Assembly: GCF_036321535.1 (NCBI RefSeq)
Contig: NC_087436.1
Coordinates: 83,144,001 to 83,208,000, forward strand
Reading direction: 5' to 3'
From: Camelus dromedarius
Lineage: Eukaryota
Length of the DNA stretch: 64,000 nucleotides
The notes under the pieces were generated by a model. That model saw only the letters and a program-made list of their open reading frames with translations, was not told the DNA's origin and made no database searches. Shown here one piece after another: positions 1 to 13,110 of this stretch; positions within the stretch are counted from its first letter, which is position 1, and each line of letters opens with the position of its first letter. A program made the position numbers and the translations under genes.

Positions 1-1648
1 CAAATCAGTATGTAGTATGGGGGAGGAATTGGAGGACTCAGGTGAGACAGCAGGATGGTTGGACAGCTCTGAGGACGCACTCGAGCTTAGGTTTATGAAC
101 TTGGTGTGAGACCAGTTAGCCTGCATTGTCTTTCTCCAGCCATAGTCAGCTCCTAGGGTGCGCATGCAGATCACATGAAGAGTTAGACTTGACCAGGTTA
201 AGATTTCGTTACAAGGGTCATAATAAAGCAGGAGAGGGGCAAGAGAGGTGAGAAACTATAGCAATGGACCCTGGAATCCAAATGCGATAAACAGAGAAGA
301 GACAGCCTGAGTGGTGCCATGGAAATTAAAAAGCTGTCAGGGTCAATGGATTGGGGATACTGGCCATTGTACGAAATCCAAGACAGTGTCTTCTTTCCCA
401 AAACACTCTAAAATGTGAATGACTGATGAACAGCATATAAAGGTAACCCTCCATGCATTTAATGAGAACATAGCTGCTGCTTAACACAAATAAGTTGGAG
501 AATTCTAATGGGAGAATTTCTATTGGGAGAATTCCAGAGGTCTTTGACAGAGTAATGGGGGAATATTGACCAAAGAGTCTCAATAATATTGTTTAAGGAC
601 TTTTCCACTTGACTTACATGTAAGGCTGACAGTGCTTCATGGGGTTCAGAATACATGGTGACCCACTGCTTTCTTGGTACCAGAAGAGAGTTATTCATCC
701 ACCAGAGGTCTAACAAGATGAAGTGGATATCCACTTGACCTTGAAAGATCAAGACATGTTCCATAAATAATACAGGACTGGAATTTATATTAGGAACTTC
801 TTTATTAATGTATTTTCCAGAAGAAGGATTGTGAGGCAAGGTGGACTGTCTTAAAAATTGACTTCAGTCACCATTTAGCAGCCACAGTGAGTTCTGTGGA
901 TAGATATAGATAGGTATTAATATATATAGAAATGTTCTCTGTCTTCAAGGAATTTATAAATCCTAGCTATGTAGGCAGTGAACATGAATGAACATGAAAA
1001 ATCATGATATTGATATCTATATAGATATAAATATATAGATATATATAAGTAAAATAAGAAATACCAAAAACGTTAACAAAAGTGCTGACAATAGGAATGG
1101 ATAGATTAGGATTGAAAAGTCCTGTTAGATAGAAAAGTACATTTACTAGTATAGTCATTACTGAGAAACTAAATACAGTTGCTCCCAGGAGGTAAGATCC
1201 ATTATGTATTGTGGCAGAGACAGCTAGATGCCCAATTAAATACCCATTCTACCCTTCCTCCTTAGTAATAGACAATGGATTTTTATTTGGGCATACTGAT
1301 GGCGAAAGTTAAAGATTATTTCCTAGCCTCCCTTATAATTAGTGTGGTTTTGCTGCTAAATTCATGCCATAAGATGTAATTGGAAACATGTGGGGAGGCA
1401 TGCCCTTCTATTGTTCTCCTTTCCTGGACTATGGACATGATGGCTGGAACTTAAGAATCATCTTGGATCGTGACATGACATGGTACAGATGGCAGAGCAG
1501 TAAGATAGGAGGTTGGATCTTTGGTGAACAAGGAGCAACCGTAACAGCCTTGGAATGCCCACCTCTCGACTTCTTTTGTATGAGAGAGAAACCTTAATAG
1601 CCTTTCAGTTGCTGTAACTTGGGGTCTTTCTGTTATGAGCTGCCAAAT

Positions 1649-2285
1649 TTTATTCTATTTTTTTTAGGAAGTAATTTTTATTTTGTTTTGGTCTGTTTGG
1701 TCTGATTTCGATTTTTAAAATTTATTTTGAATTGAAGTGTAGTCAGTTCACAATGTTGTGTCGGTTTCTGGAGTACAGCATAATGTTTCAGTCATACATG
1801 TACATACATATATTCCTTTTCATTATAGGTTACTATAAGATACTGAATATGAGCTATACAGTAGAAACTTGTTGTTTATCTATTTTATTTATAGTAGTTG
1901 TATCTGCAGATTTTGAACTCCCAATTTATCCCTTCCCACCCCCTTTTTCCACTGGTAGCCATAAGTTTGTTTTTATGTCTGTGAGTTTGTTTCTGTTTTG
2001 TAAATAAGTTCATTTGTGTCATTTTTTTAGATTCCACGTATTGATATGGTATTTTTCTTTCTCTTTCTGGCTTACTTCACTTAGAATGACAATCTCTAGG
2101 TCCATCCATGTTGCTGCAAATGGCATTATTTTATAATTTTTTATGGCTGAGTAGTATTCCACTATATATATACCACAAGATCTTTATCTGTCATCTATTG
2201 ATGGACATTTAGGTTGTTTCCATGTCTGGGCTATTGTAAATAATGCTGCTATGAACATTGGGTTGCGTGTATCTTTTTGAATTAG
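1649..2285 (-). mobile_element. 5'-truncated L1 3' end inserted in an MaLR-like LTR
   Basis: L1 3'UTR and ORF2 tail; imperfect TSD atgagctgccaaat 1635-1648 / atgggctgccaaat 2286-2299. Confidence 0.85.
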
Positions 2286-2521
2286 ATGGGCTGCCAAATC
2301 TGATCATAACAAACACGTATTTATCACTGTAGATACTATGTTCACTGGCATAGTATTTTACGCATATTAGTCACTCAGTAAATATTTGATGAATAAATAC
2401 TCTCATTTTTGATGATGGTTTTGTTTCTGAAAGTGCTGCTTTTAGTGGAAACTCTAATGATACTTCCCAAAATGTACCCATTTTTTTTCTACTGCCTTTA
2501 ACTAAAGGAGCCTCTCAAAGT

Positions 2522-2547
2522 CACACACACACACACACACACACACA
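2522..2547. repeat. (CA)13 microsatellite
   Basis: direct reading. Confidence 0.95.
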
Positions 2548-5500
2548 GGCATATACAGCTAGAAGCAAATATAAGACATGATATAGATTTTATTCACAAA
2601 CATTTGCAAATATTTGCTCTTAAAAATTGCCCAATATATCAGTGATTGCTGCATGACAAATCACCCTAATACTCATTGGCTTAAAAACCACCATCTTATG
2701 TCCTTACTTCTCCAGGGTGGCTGGGGTTCAGCTGACCTAAGTTTGGCTCAGCTGGGCAGCTTGGCCTCTCACTGCAGGATGGCAGGTTGGCTGGATCAGC
2801 TCTGGTCTGAGTGTCTCTCATTCTTGGGCAAGAGGGTACCCAAGGCTTGTTCTTTTCTTGATGATGGCAGAAGCACAAGAAGATGAAACACTCAAGGATT
2901 CTTCAGGCTAAGGCTTGGAACTGGCACATGGTCACTGTGGGTTCCATGCCATTGGCCCAAACAAGTCATATGGTATAGTAGATTCAACCCAACTATATAT
3001 TATTTTTACCTTCTCCCATCAAGAGGCAGAGTTTATTTCCCACACATAATCTTTACCTCTTGAAGATGGGCTTGTGACTTGCTTGACTGAGAAAATGTGG
3101 TAGAAGTGAAGTTCTATGACTTGTGAGCCTTGGTCTAAAGTGTGCTCACCCTCTTGGAGGGCTGCGGCCAGCACGTTGGGAGGAGGAAGCCCAGCTCAGC
3201 TGAGCCTCGTTGTGCATGAAAGCCCATGTGGGGAGAGGCCCTGCCATCCCAGCTGCCCTAGCTCAGCCCCCAGGCTGTCTATCCAACTGAATGTAAGTCC
3301 ATGAGTAAAGCCAGGTAAGGGCAGCGTAAGAACCCCCTATCCAACCCACAGAGTTGTTACAAAGCTATTTTAGGCCACTAAGTTTGGAAGTAGCTTAGTA
3401 TGCAACAGTAGATAAATAATACATGTATCTAAGCCCAGAGTCAAAGGTCAGAGAAATATACTCTGCATCAGATAAGTATGTGGAGAACTGAGACCAACAA
3501 ATCAATCCACTACAGTGTATAATATCTGAATTTTAATTATTTAAAGTAATATAGATTGATCTTTGGTTGTTAGTGGCTTCTGACATTTTAAATCTGTTTT
3601 CTGGCTCCCCAACCCATTCTGTCTTTATGATAGTTTATCTCCAATTCTTCCTCTCCTGGACCCACTTGCTATTGCTCTGTCATGAAGTAGCATCTATTTC
3701 TGCACACCCTTGAATGTGGGCTGGCCCAGGACTGCTCTGACCAATAAAATACAGGGAAGAACCATGGTGTCAACTCCTAACCTTTTAGAGGGCTGGCAGC
3801 TTCCAGGTCCTGCCTCTTGGACGCCTGCCACCTTGTAAGAAGTACAACTACTGAGACGACTCTGCTGTGAGAAATCAAGTTTTTGACATTTGTTGCAGAC
3901 AAATGATCACTTACACATTTTGTAAGGTTCTATTTTACAATTTCAAGTTTTTAAGATGATAGATACCAGTTTGTTTATTCCCTCGTCAGGTGATAGACAG
4001 TTAGGTTGTTTCCACTTTGGGACAATTATGAATAATGCTGCTATGGACATTCATGTGCAAGTTTTTGTGTGCAAGTTTTGTGCAGACACATTATTTTTGG
4101 CTTATGTCTATGAGTGGAATTGCTAAGCCATATGGTAGCTGCTACACACCCCTGAATCTTTTTCTAGAAAAATACATATAAAAAATATCTCAGTCTGTGA
4201 CATAAAATTTAAAGGGCCAGACTTCCTTTGGAAAATGCAAGTCATCTCTTTAAAATACAGCATGTTGGAGGAATTACAAACAGGGTATAACATGATTGGA
4301 AAGCTCAAGCTGGTCATATGAAGCATGAAATAAAACAGGAAGCCAGGAATACAAAATGTGTGTGTTCATATAAATGATGTCATCTATGTATTCCTGGCTC
4401 CTGGTCTGACCCCATCTTCCCCTCTCCCCAGGGTAGCTGTGCTCTGCCACCCTGGCGTCCACGGGAGACAGTCTGAGGGACTACTCTCTCCCTTCATCAG
4501 CTCTCTGATCACTCAGCAGAGTATTAGAGGGGCCTTCCCTGATCACCCACCTAAAATAGCTGTCCCTCACCATCTGTCACCCTGCCCAGCCCCATCTTCA
4601 GAGCATTTATCAACTCCTCAGATGTTTACTTATTCATCCATTCGTTTCTGTCTGTCATTCCCCAGACTGTTAGCTCTGTGTGAGGTGGATTTTTGTTTAA
4701 ATTGTAATATCCCTAGCACTGAGAACAGAGCCAGTTACTCCAAATATATTTGTTAAGTGAATGCATGAATGAATGAATAAATCCTTCCTTTCCTTGTAAA
4801 GCCTCTGTTGCATTGAGGACTGCTCTGTGGGAACCCGCATCAAGCAAATACCATGTGAAGTTGGCCACTATCAGAAAATTCTAAGGGACATTAGTGAGTT
4901 CCTCTCTGAGTCAGGGAAGCAGAAAAGACAATAGAACTTAAAATTAACCTGAATACTTCTGTTCTCACTTCATGACATGGTTTCTGTTCCTTTTCTCTTC
5001 AGCAATTTCGGCCAGTTATAACCTTCAGTGTTTGCTGTTCTTTACTTCACACTTTGTGTGGCACAGAACAGTAAGGCTGATAAAAACCCTGAGATCCACT
5101 GAAGCCTTAATTGTTGGTGCCAAAAGAGCTCAGCCTGATTATCTCTGCAAGAGTCCTTTTAAAAATTCTAAATCCCTGAGAGCAAATATCTAACTGGTTT
5201 TCCCCTCCATGTGTCTTCATCTGACCACTGGTGTCCTTGATCTGTGTTTAAAGTCCTTCTTTCATCTCTCTTCATTTCTTTCACATTTGCCACCCCCCTA
5301 CCCCTTTTTCTATCTTCTGCCTCTATCTAAACTCAAGGACTGGTGCGGACAGCTGGAGCAGGAGAGATGCCTGTACTTTTGTGTCACTTTATGTTTTCTG
5401 CCCTGTCTTTTAGTTACTTCCTTATCTCAGTTTAGTTATATTGAATAAATGTTTGTGGAATAGCTACTGTGCCAGACACTTGCTAGGCTTCAGAGACACC

Positions 5501-5727
5501 GAAATTGTATCAAACATTTCTCGCTTCTGGTATTTTGCAGTCTTAGCAGTCTCTATCCCACTCATTTGTGTTAGGGTTGTAAGCTTCTTGAAGTTTCTCT
5601 ATGGGCTTAGAATAGCGTTCAGATAGGTAGTGTTTATTAGTGTGGGAAATGAATTAAATGGAATTGATAACCAACCTAGAATTTGTTTTCTTTCTTCTAC
5701 TCCTCTTTAATCCATTCTACGACTACC

Positions 5728-6610
5728 TGTGATACCATAAGAAATACATACTTGGTCTTTGTCCCCAGTTCCTGACACAGAGCTCCTAAATCCCTTGGAA
5801 TTTCCTGAGCAATAGGAATATCTTCTATCCTAATGAGGTGACTCTTGCCGGGCCCCTAGATTGCTTCAGGAGAGGGGCTGGTTGTCAGAAAGACCAAGAT
5901 TTGATTATAGGTTTAGAACTTTCGGTCCTATTTCCAACCTCCAGGAATTGAGCTCATCACAAATGACCATGATTTAATCGGTCACGCCTACGTAACAAAA
6001 CCTCCATGAACACCCCTACACGACGGGGTTCCGGGAGTGTCTGAGTTGGTGAACACATGGAGGTGCTGGGAGGGTGGCACATCCCAGAGGGCGCATGGAG
6101 GCTCTGCACCCCTTCCCCACTGCCCTACTCTGTGCATCTCTTTCTTCTGTTTGACCATTTCTCCATTCCTGAGTTGTATCCTTATAATAAATCAATAGCA
6201 GTAACTAAATTTTTCCTGGGTTCCATGAGTCATTCTAGCAAATTACCAAACCTGGGAGGGTAGGTCAAAGGGACCTCGATTTGTAACTGGTTGATCAGAA
6301 GTACAGGTGACAACCTGAGGTGGGGACAGGCTTATGGGACTGTGCTAACTCCAGGTAATTAGTGTCAGAATTGAATTGAGAGGAGGAGGGTATAGCTCAG
6401 TGGTGGAGTGTGTGAGTAGCATGCATGAAGTCCTGGGTTCACTTCCCAGTACTTCTGTTAAATAAATAAATAAACCTAAAAAAAAAAAAAAAAGAAATTG
6501 AATTGAATTGTAGGACACCTATTCGGTGTTCAGAGAGTTGAGGAACTGGTTGGTGTGGGGAAAAAAAAATCCTTACATTTGGTGTTAGGAGTGTTGTGAG
6601 AAAAAACTCT
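5728..6610. mobile_element. LTR element (MER21-like) with nested SINE
   Basis: TGTGATA start and cttggtctttgtccccagttcctgacacagagctcctaaa motif; a related fragment lies at about 10770-10950. Confidence 0.65.
6380..6495 (+). mobile_element. tRNA-Ala(AGC)-derived SINE (camelid vic-1-like)
   Basis: GGGTATAGCTCAGTGG A box, degenerate B box, (TAAA)n and A tail; TSD aattgaattga. Confidence 0.88.
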
Positions 6611-6639
6611 CAGGTGTATACCTTGGAGCTGCTGGATCA

Positions 6640-7560
6640 TTTGCATTCAGAATATATAAAGAACTCTTACAGCTCAGTAATAAAAGACAACCCAATTTAA
6701 ACATGGGCAAAAGGTCCAAATAGATATTTCTCCAAAGAAGATATACTAATAATCTACAAGCACATGAAAAGATGCCCAACACCATTAGTCATTAGGGAAA
6801 TGCTAATCAATACCACGATAAGATGCCACTTCCCACCCACTAGGATGGCTATAATAACAAAGATGGACAATAACAAGTGTAGACAAGGATGTAGAAAAAT
6901 TTGAACCTTCATGCATTGCTGGTGAGAATATAAAATTGTGCAGCCACTATGGAATTTTTTGGCAATTGCTAAAAATATTAAACATAGAGTTACCATTTGA
7001 CCCAGCAGTTCCTAGATACATACACAAAAGAAATTAAAACACATCCACACAGAACATGTATGTGCATGTACGTAGCAGCATCCTTCATAATAGCCAAAAA
7101 GTGGAAATAACCCAAATGTCCATCAACTGATGAGTAGATAAAGAAAATGTGGGACAGCCATACAATGGGGTGTTATTCAGCAGTAAAAAGAAATAGAGCA
7201 CTGATACATGCTACGACATGGATGAACCTCAAAAACATTATGCTAAGTAAAAGAGGCCAGTCTCCAAAAACCATGTGTTGTGTGATTCTATTTATAAGAA
7301 ATGTCCGGAATAGTCAGATCTATATAGACAGAAAATAGCTTCATGGTTGCTGAAAACTGAGTGGTTTGAGAGTTTGGGGGAACAATGGAGAATGAATGCT
7401 AATGGATACAGGGTTTCTTTGGGGATGCTGATAAAAGTGTTCTGAAAGTGATGGCGGTGATGGTTGCACAACTCTGTGAATATATTAAAAAACCACTGAA
7501 TTGTGCATTTTAAAAGAGTGAATTATATGGTATTGAATTATATCTCAATCAGGCTGCTTA
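6640..7560 (+). mobile_element. old L1 (L1M-type) 3' fragment
   Basis: degenerate ORF2 C-terminus (YSAVKRN...HATTWMNLKNIMLS) followed by 3'UTR. Confidence 0.85.
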
Positions 7561-7570
7561 AAAAATGGTA

Positions 7571-7730
7571 TGAGGGAAGGGCAGAGCTCAGTGGTAGAGT
7601 GTGTGCTCAGCATGCACAAGGTCCTAGGTTTAATCCCAGGACCTCCTTTAAAAATAAATAAGTAAATAAATAAACCTAATTATCCCCCCTGCGCAAGAAA
7701 AGAATGCTGTGTTAAAAAAAAAAGAATTAA
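7571..7730 (+). mobile_element. tRNA-Ala-derived SINE
   Basis: AGCTCAGTGGTAGAG...GGTTTAATCCC; TSD aaaaatggta 7561-7570 / 7731-7740. Confidence 0.88.
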
Positions 7731-10700
7731 AAAAATGGTACTGGCCTACCCAGAGAACAGGACAAGGTGTGTGAGAGGCACCAGAAGCAGCAGGATCAAT
7801 CTGACCCTTCTCATTGGTTCATCAACTTTACTAGGAGTTAGTCACTCAATATAAACATGAATCGCTAGTAATCAGAGAAATGCAAACCAAAACATTCATA
7901 AGGATATCACTTCACATCTTTCAAGCTGACCAAAAGAAATCAGAAATTTGGATCCTGCCAAGAGAAAAGAGGAATGTGCTCTCCTCCACTGCTGGCGGGC
8001 AGCTAACCTGGTGCCGCCGTTCTGGAGAGGACTCTGTCATAATCTAGTCCAGTGAAGAAGACTTATATTCTACGATCCAGCAATCCTCCTCCTGGTATAT
8101 TCCAAAGGAATTTTCACATGGGTCTGTGTGGTTATAGGTGCAAAGATGTTCCTGGCATCACAGCCCAGGGTGAAAGGGAGTTGGAGTCTCTCTGGATGCT
8201 CATCCCTGGGCCAGTAGACAGGTAACATGTGATCCATATGATGGAGTCTAATGGCTCTGTGAGGAGCATCAGGTTAGATAGACGTGGGTAAAGCTGCATG
8301 GCTGACTCATTTAAATACCAAGTGCTCAGTGAAAAAACATAAACACCCGAAGGAGATATATAATACTGTTTCCATAAATTTAAAATGTACACACATAAAA
8401 TAATATATTTTGCAATAATACATTCAAATAGTTTTATACCAGGAATGGCCTCTGAATTGTATCAGGTGCTTATTTAGTATCTGTTAATATGATATTCTTT
8501 TTCTTTTTAACTTGTTGATGCAATGAATTAGGTTGATAAATTTTCTGCTACTGAAATATCCTTGCATTCTGGAATAAAAGCTATTTGATTACAAAAAATA
8601 ATAGTAATACATTCAGATAAAAAGATAGCCCACTCCAAAAAGATTGGCAGTTATCCCTATGCCTGCAGGCTCCTCCTCCTATGAGTCATTAAAGGTCAGA
8701 ATTTACAGAGCTAGTAAAGATGAAAAAAATTCACCCATAAGTCTGTAGTAGAGATTTTTGCCTTGAATGGGAGATTGTATCAGATTGTCTAGAGCTAGAT
8801 AAGCCAAACCTTATCAATAAGATAATGGAGGTTGCAAGATTATTGCCAAATCCTGAGATGAGCTAATTTCTTGACTGTTTCAAGGGTCAGTAGCCAAGGG
8901 TGGTTTCCCAAGAACAGGATTTAAATCTTGGCTCCCTGAAATGAAAAATGGTTGGTCTTGCTGTAAACTGAAGTTGAACCATTGATTCCATAATGGCTCT
9001 TGGTGGGTGCGCCACCCCCCCAACCCCTGCTTTTCTACTATCCCAGCTGTGTACATGGTCTCCTTAAAGTAAATCTACCCACAACCCCAGCTTTTGCCCC
9101 ATTCTGCCAGTGGCTCCTGGCATTCCCTTACAGACTGTCCTGCCTAATGTTAAAGTGGACTAAGCCAGGTTCCAGGCCAGATGGACTTGCTTTTCTTTCT
9201 TGACTTCACCATTTACAGCTGATTGTTCTTGGTTAAGTCATTTAACTTCTCAGAGCTTCTGTTTTCCCACATAAAATAGAGATAATAATAAAATGTGTCA
9301 GCTGTTCTTTCTAATTATTTTCTATGCAACTAAAAATATACCTACTAAAGCTCAAATTTTGTCTTATTATCTATATTCTTCTGTTAACTTTGTTTTTACT
9401 ATTATATATCTAAGTGCACACACACATATAATGAATTGCTTTCCATGTCAATATTGATAGATTAATAGATAATAGTTGTTATGCATATGGTGGGGCAGGG
9501 GGTAAAGGGAAATCTCTGTACCTTCCACTCCATTTTGTGATGCACCAAAATCTGCTATTAATAATAGTCTATTTTTTTAATTTAAAGTTGATTCAACAAT
9601 ATGATTGAGTAATTAAATACATTTGCAAAATACTATTTTCATATTTAAATAGTCTATTCAATGAGAGAAATTATCTTAATATGAATATTTAATACATAAT
9701 TTTAGATAGTAGCTGTCCATATCAATATATACTTAAAAAAATAGACTACTTTTCAGAGCAGTTTCAGGTTCTTAGCAAAACTGAGTGGGAAATAAGAGTT
9801 CTCACCATCTCAGGCTCCCTCACACACCCACAGCCTCCTCTACTATCAACAGCCCCCACTAGAGTGTTACATTTGTTACAATCAGTGAGCCTTTACTGAT
9901 ACATCATTGTCACCAAAGTCCATAGTTTACATTAGGGTTCACGCTTGGTGGTGTACATTCTGTGGGCTTTGATAAATATATACTTGTTAATGGCTTCATG
10001 GAGTACCATGGTATGATTTGCCATGAATAGTTTAAACAATTATTTGAGAATAAAGTTCATTTGGAAATTTTTTCTATTATATACAATACAGATGATGCGA
10101 TGTGTGTTAAAAATCCTTGCTATTTTAACTTATCAATCAACATAAGATCGATGCATAGAAAAATCAACAGAGAGCATGAATAGGCATTTTGTAAAAGAAG
10201 AAATATACATGTCCCGTACAAAATGAAAAGTTGCTCAATCTCATTAACAATCAAAGAAATGAGATTTAGAAGAAGGCATCATTTTCAAGGACATAGATTG
10301 GTGGAGATGCAAAAGATTGTTTTGTTTTGTTTTTAATTTTTTTATTGAAATACAGTCAGTTAAAATGTGTCAATTTCTGGTGTACAGCTCAATGTCCCAG
10401 TCATGCATATACATACATATATGTGCTTTCATATTCTGAAAGAATTATTAATATCAGGGCTGGCTCTGCTGTAAATGGGGTGAAAAGGTAAATTGTTGCA
10501 TCCTTCTAAGAGGGAACATTAGCAGTATGTGACAACAGTTACAATGCGCAGATCTTTTGGATTATTTTTAACTTTTTTTAACCTGTGGTAATAGTATTGT
10601 TGTTACGTTAAATAGTTCTTATCTTTCAGAGACCAATATTGAAATGTTATGAATGAGATTTTATAATGTAGATTGCTTCAAGATAGTCTGATGAGGGGTG

Positions 10701-12223
10701 AGGGGAAAGTGGATGAAGGTATAGATGAAGCAAGACTAGCCACGAGTTCTCATATGTTGAAGCTGGTATGACAAATATACACTTGGTCCTTGTACTCGGT
10801 TCCCAGTACACAGCTCCTAAGCCCCTTGAGTGATAGGAGCACCTTTTGTTCTAATGAGGCCACTCTTGGTGGCTTCAGGCTGGGGACTGATCACCATAAA
10901 GACTAAGGCTTGGTTAGAGGATTGAAACTTTCAGGCCCACACCCTGACCTCATTCCGTCCTTCAGTGGTTTACAGAAGAGAAAGACTCTGGTCAGAACCT
11001 AAGATGGTGATAGTGAAAGGGGAGCAGGCAAGTCCTGTTGGAACCTACAGAAAAAAAGAAAGGTCGTAAAAACTCTAGACTGAGAGCTGTACTGGGAGTT
11101 ATACCATCAGAGTCCGAGACCCCACAGCACCTCATCCTGGAACCGAACACTGTCTGCTCGCTGCTCCTTCTTTCCCTTCAACCGTGGCCTGCTGCGGGCC
11201 CACACACAGAGCACCTGGCATTGCTGTGAGGAATTCCTGACATCTCTTCCCAGCAACAGAGACCTTAGGGGAGAAAAAGTTCCCAGGGTAGGGGTTGGTG
11301 GGTGGGGTTAAGAGGATGTAATTGTGGAGGCAGGAGAGAAGATGTGGCCCTGGTTCTCTGTTTCGAATAGATGAATGTATTTCTCATGAAAACATTCCTG
11401 CCCATGACTCTCTTGGTGCGTTGCAGGGTGGAAAGTTTAGTGGGCTGACCAGAAAACTGATCACCATAACTTCTAATGTTACTTTAAAGCAAAATGCATT
11501 CTGAGTTATAAACAACCGACTAACAAAGGCTTTCTTAGAACATAACCATTCGTTCCTTTGACTACTATTCATCAAGAGCCTGTTAGTTTCAAGCACTGTT
11601 CTAGGTGCTGGTAACACAGCAGTGAAGAAAATAGAATAAAACCCCATTATTTAAACCTCGGAAATAAAGCAAAAATGTGGGTGGCATATCTTTTCAGTGT
11701 CATGGGAGAGTGTTGTTTATCAGGCAGAGCCAAAGAATATTTAATAATCTAGGGGGAATATACCTTGTTCAAATCACTGTTTACTCTTAAGTAAAGGTCC
11801 CAATCTAGTGAAGTGACACGGTTTTTTTTCCCACAAAGATGTAAGTAATTTCTTTTTAAGAGAAAAGATAACCCCAAAGGTTACAATTAATTCCCTGAAA
11901 AACATTAGCCAGTTTTATATCTAACTTAGCAATCTTATTCTAACATTCTTTCATTAAATAGGAACCAGTCTTACCATCTTGCTAGCTCCCTATTAATTAG
12001 TTGAATATAATCTTTGATTTGTGTTCATTACATATTTTTATGAGAATGGTATTTTTAACTTCTTAAAACTTACACTTTGACAATCTCCTCATAAAGTTTA
12101 TAATCTGGTTACACCTTCTCTCTTTGCTTTCTTTTTCTAATTTGGGGTTCAGACTAATGAATCAAGGTAGAATAATTCATCCTATTCATTTTTCTCCTTT
12201 TCTTGGCCTTTTTGGATAATAAA

Positions 12224-12728
12224 TGAAGGAGGCCAGAATATGTCACCCCAAAATATGCCTCTTTGACATAAAAATTATTTTTTGCTTAAGGCAATTAAGT
12301 AGTGAACATAGGAAAGCCTCTCCCTACCTGCCCCCCTTTCTGTCTACAGGCAGGTTATAAATTCTTTTTTTCTGGAGATAAACTCTTATGAACCCAGAAA
12401 TGGCAGCAGAGGAATCTGCAAACAAACCTAACTTCATTAGTTTCCTCCCATATATTTACCTTCCCCCAGTTTGCTGTACTCAAAAGCCTAAAATTACTTT
12501 CCTTGTCCTGTGACTTTTCTACAAATGTATTGTTCTTTGTTGAACATGCTATATAAGCCGGAGTTCTAAGCCACCACTATGAGTTACTCTTCATTTTAAG
12601 TTTTCCCCCCACATGATGTGCACTGTATGCATTAATAAATGGTTTTTCTGTTATTAATCTGTCTTTCTGTTAAAGAGCTAGAAACCTAAGATGGGGAGAG
12701 ATGAAATTTTGCCCCTCCTCCCCACACA
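12224..12728 (+). mobile_element. ERV1-type solo LTR (MER34/39-like)
   Basis: TG...CA ends, 4-bp TSD TAAA (12220-12223 / 12729-12732), TATA (tatataag) and AATAAA. Confidence 0.8.
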
Positions 12729-12749
12729 TAAAGGAACAAATCACTTGCA

Positions 12750-13110
12750 ATGGAATGAATGTTTGTATCCTCCACCCCTACTCTATCCCCTAGACTCATA
12801 AGTTGAAACCCTAATCACAATGTGATAGTATTTGGAGGTGGGAAGTAATTATGTCATAAGGGTGGAGCCCTTATAATGAGATTAGTGCCTTTATAAGAAG
12901 AGGCCAGAGAGCTGGCTCCCTTCCTGCCATGTGAAGATAGAATGAGAAGTCAACGGTCTGTAACCCAGTAGAGGGTTCTCGCCAGAACCTAACTGTGCTA
13001 GCCTGATTGCAGATTTCCAGCCTCCAGAACTGTGAGAAATAAATTTCTGTTGTCGATAATCCACCCAGTCTATGGTAATTTGATGTAGCAGTGTAAACTG
13101 ACTAAGACCT
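12750..13110 (+). mobile_element. MaLR (MLT1-type) LTR
   Basis: gatttccagcctccagaactgtgagaaataaatttctgttg...gactaagac signature. Confidence 0.8.

Noticed and set aside
10949..11044. Fibronectin type II reading (CLLPFHY...TTEGRNE)
   Set aside because: Needs a frameshift plus extra residues; a CTLD C-terminus fits the two preceding pieces better. Not fully excluded.
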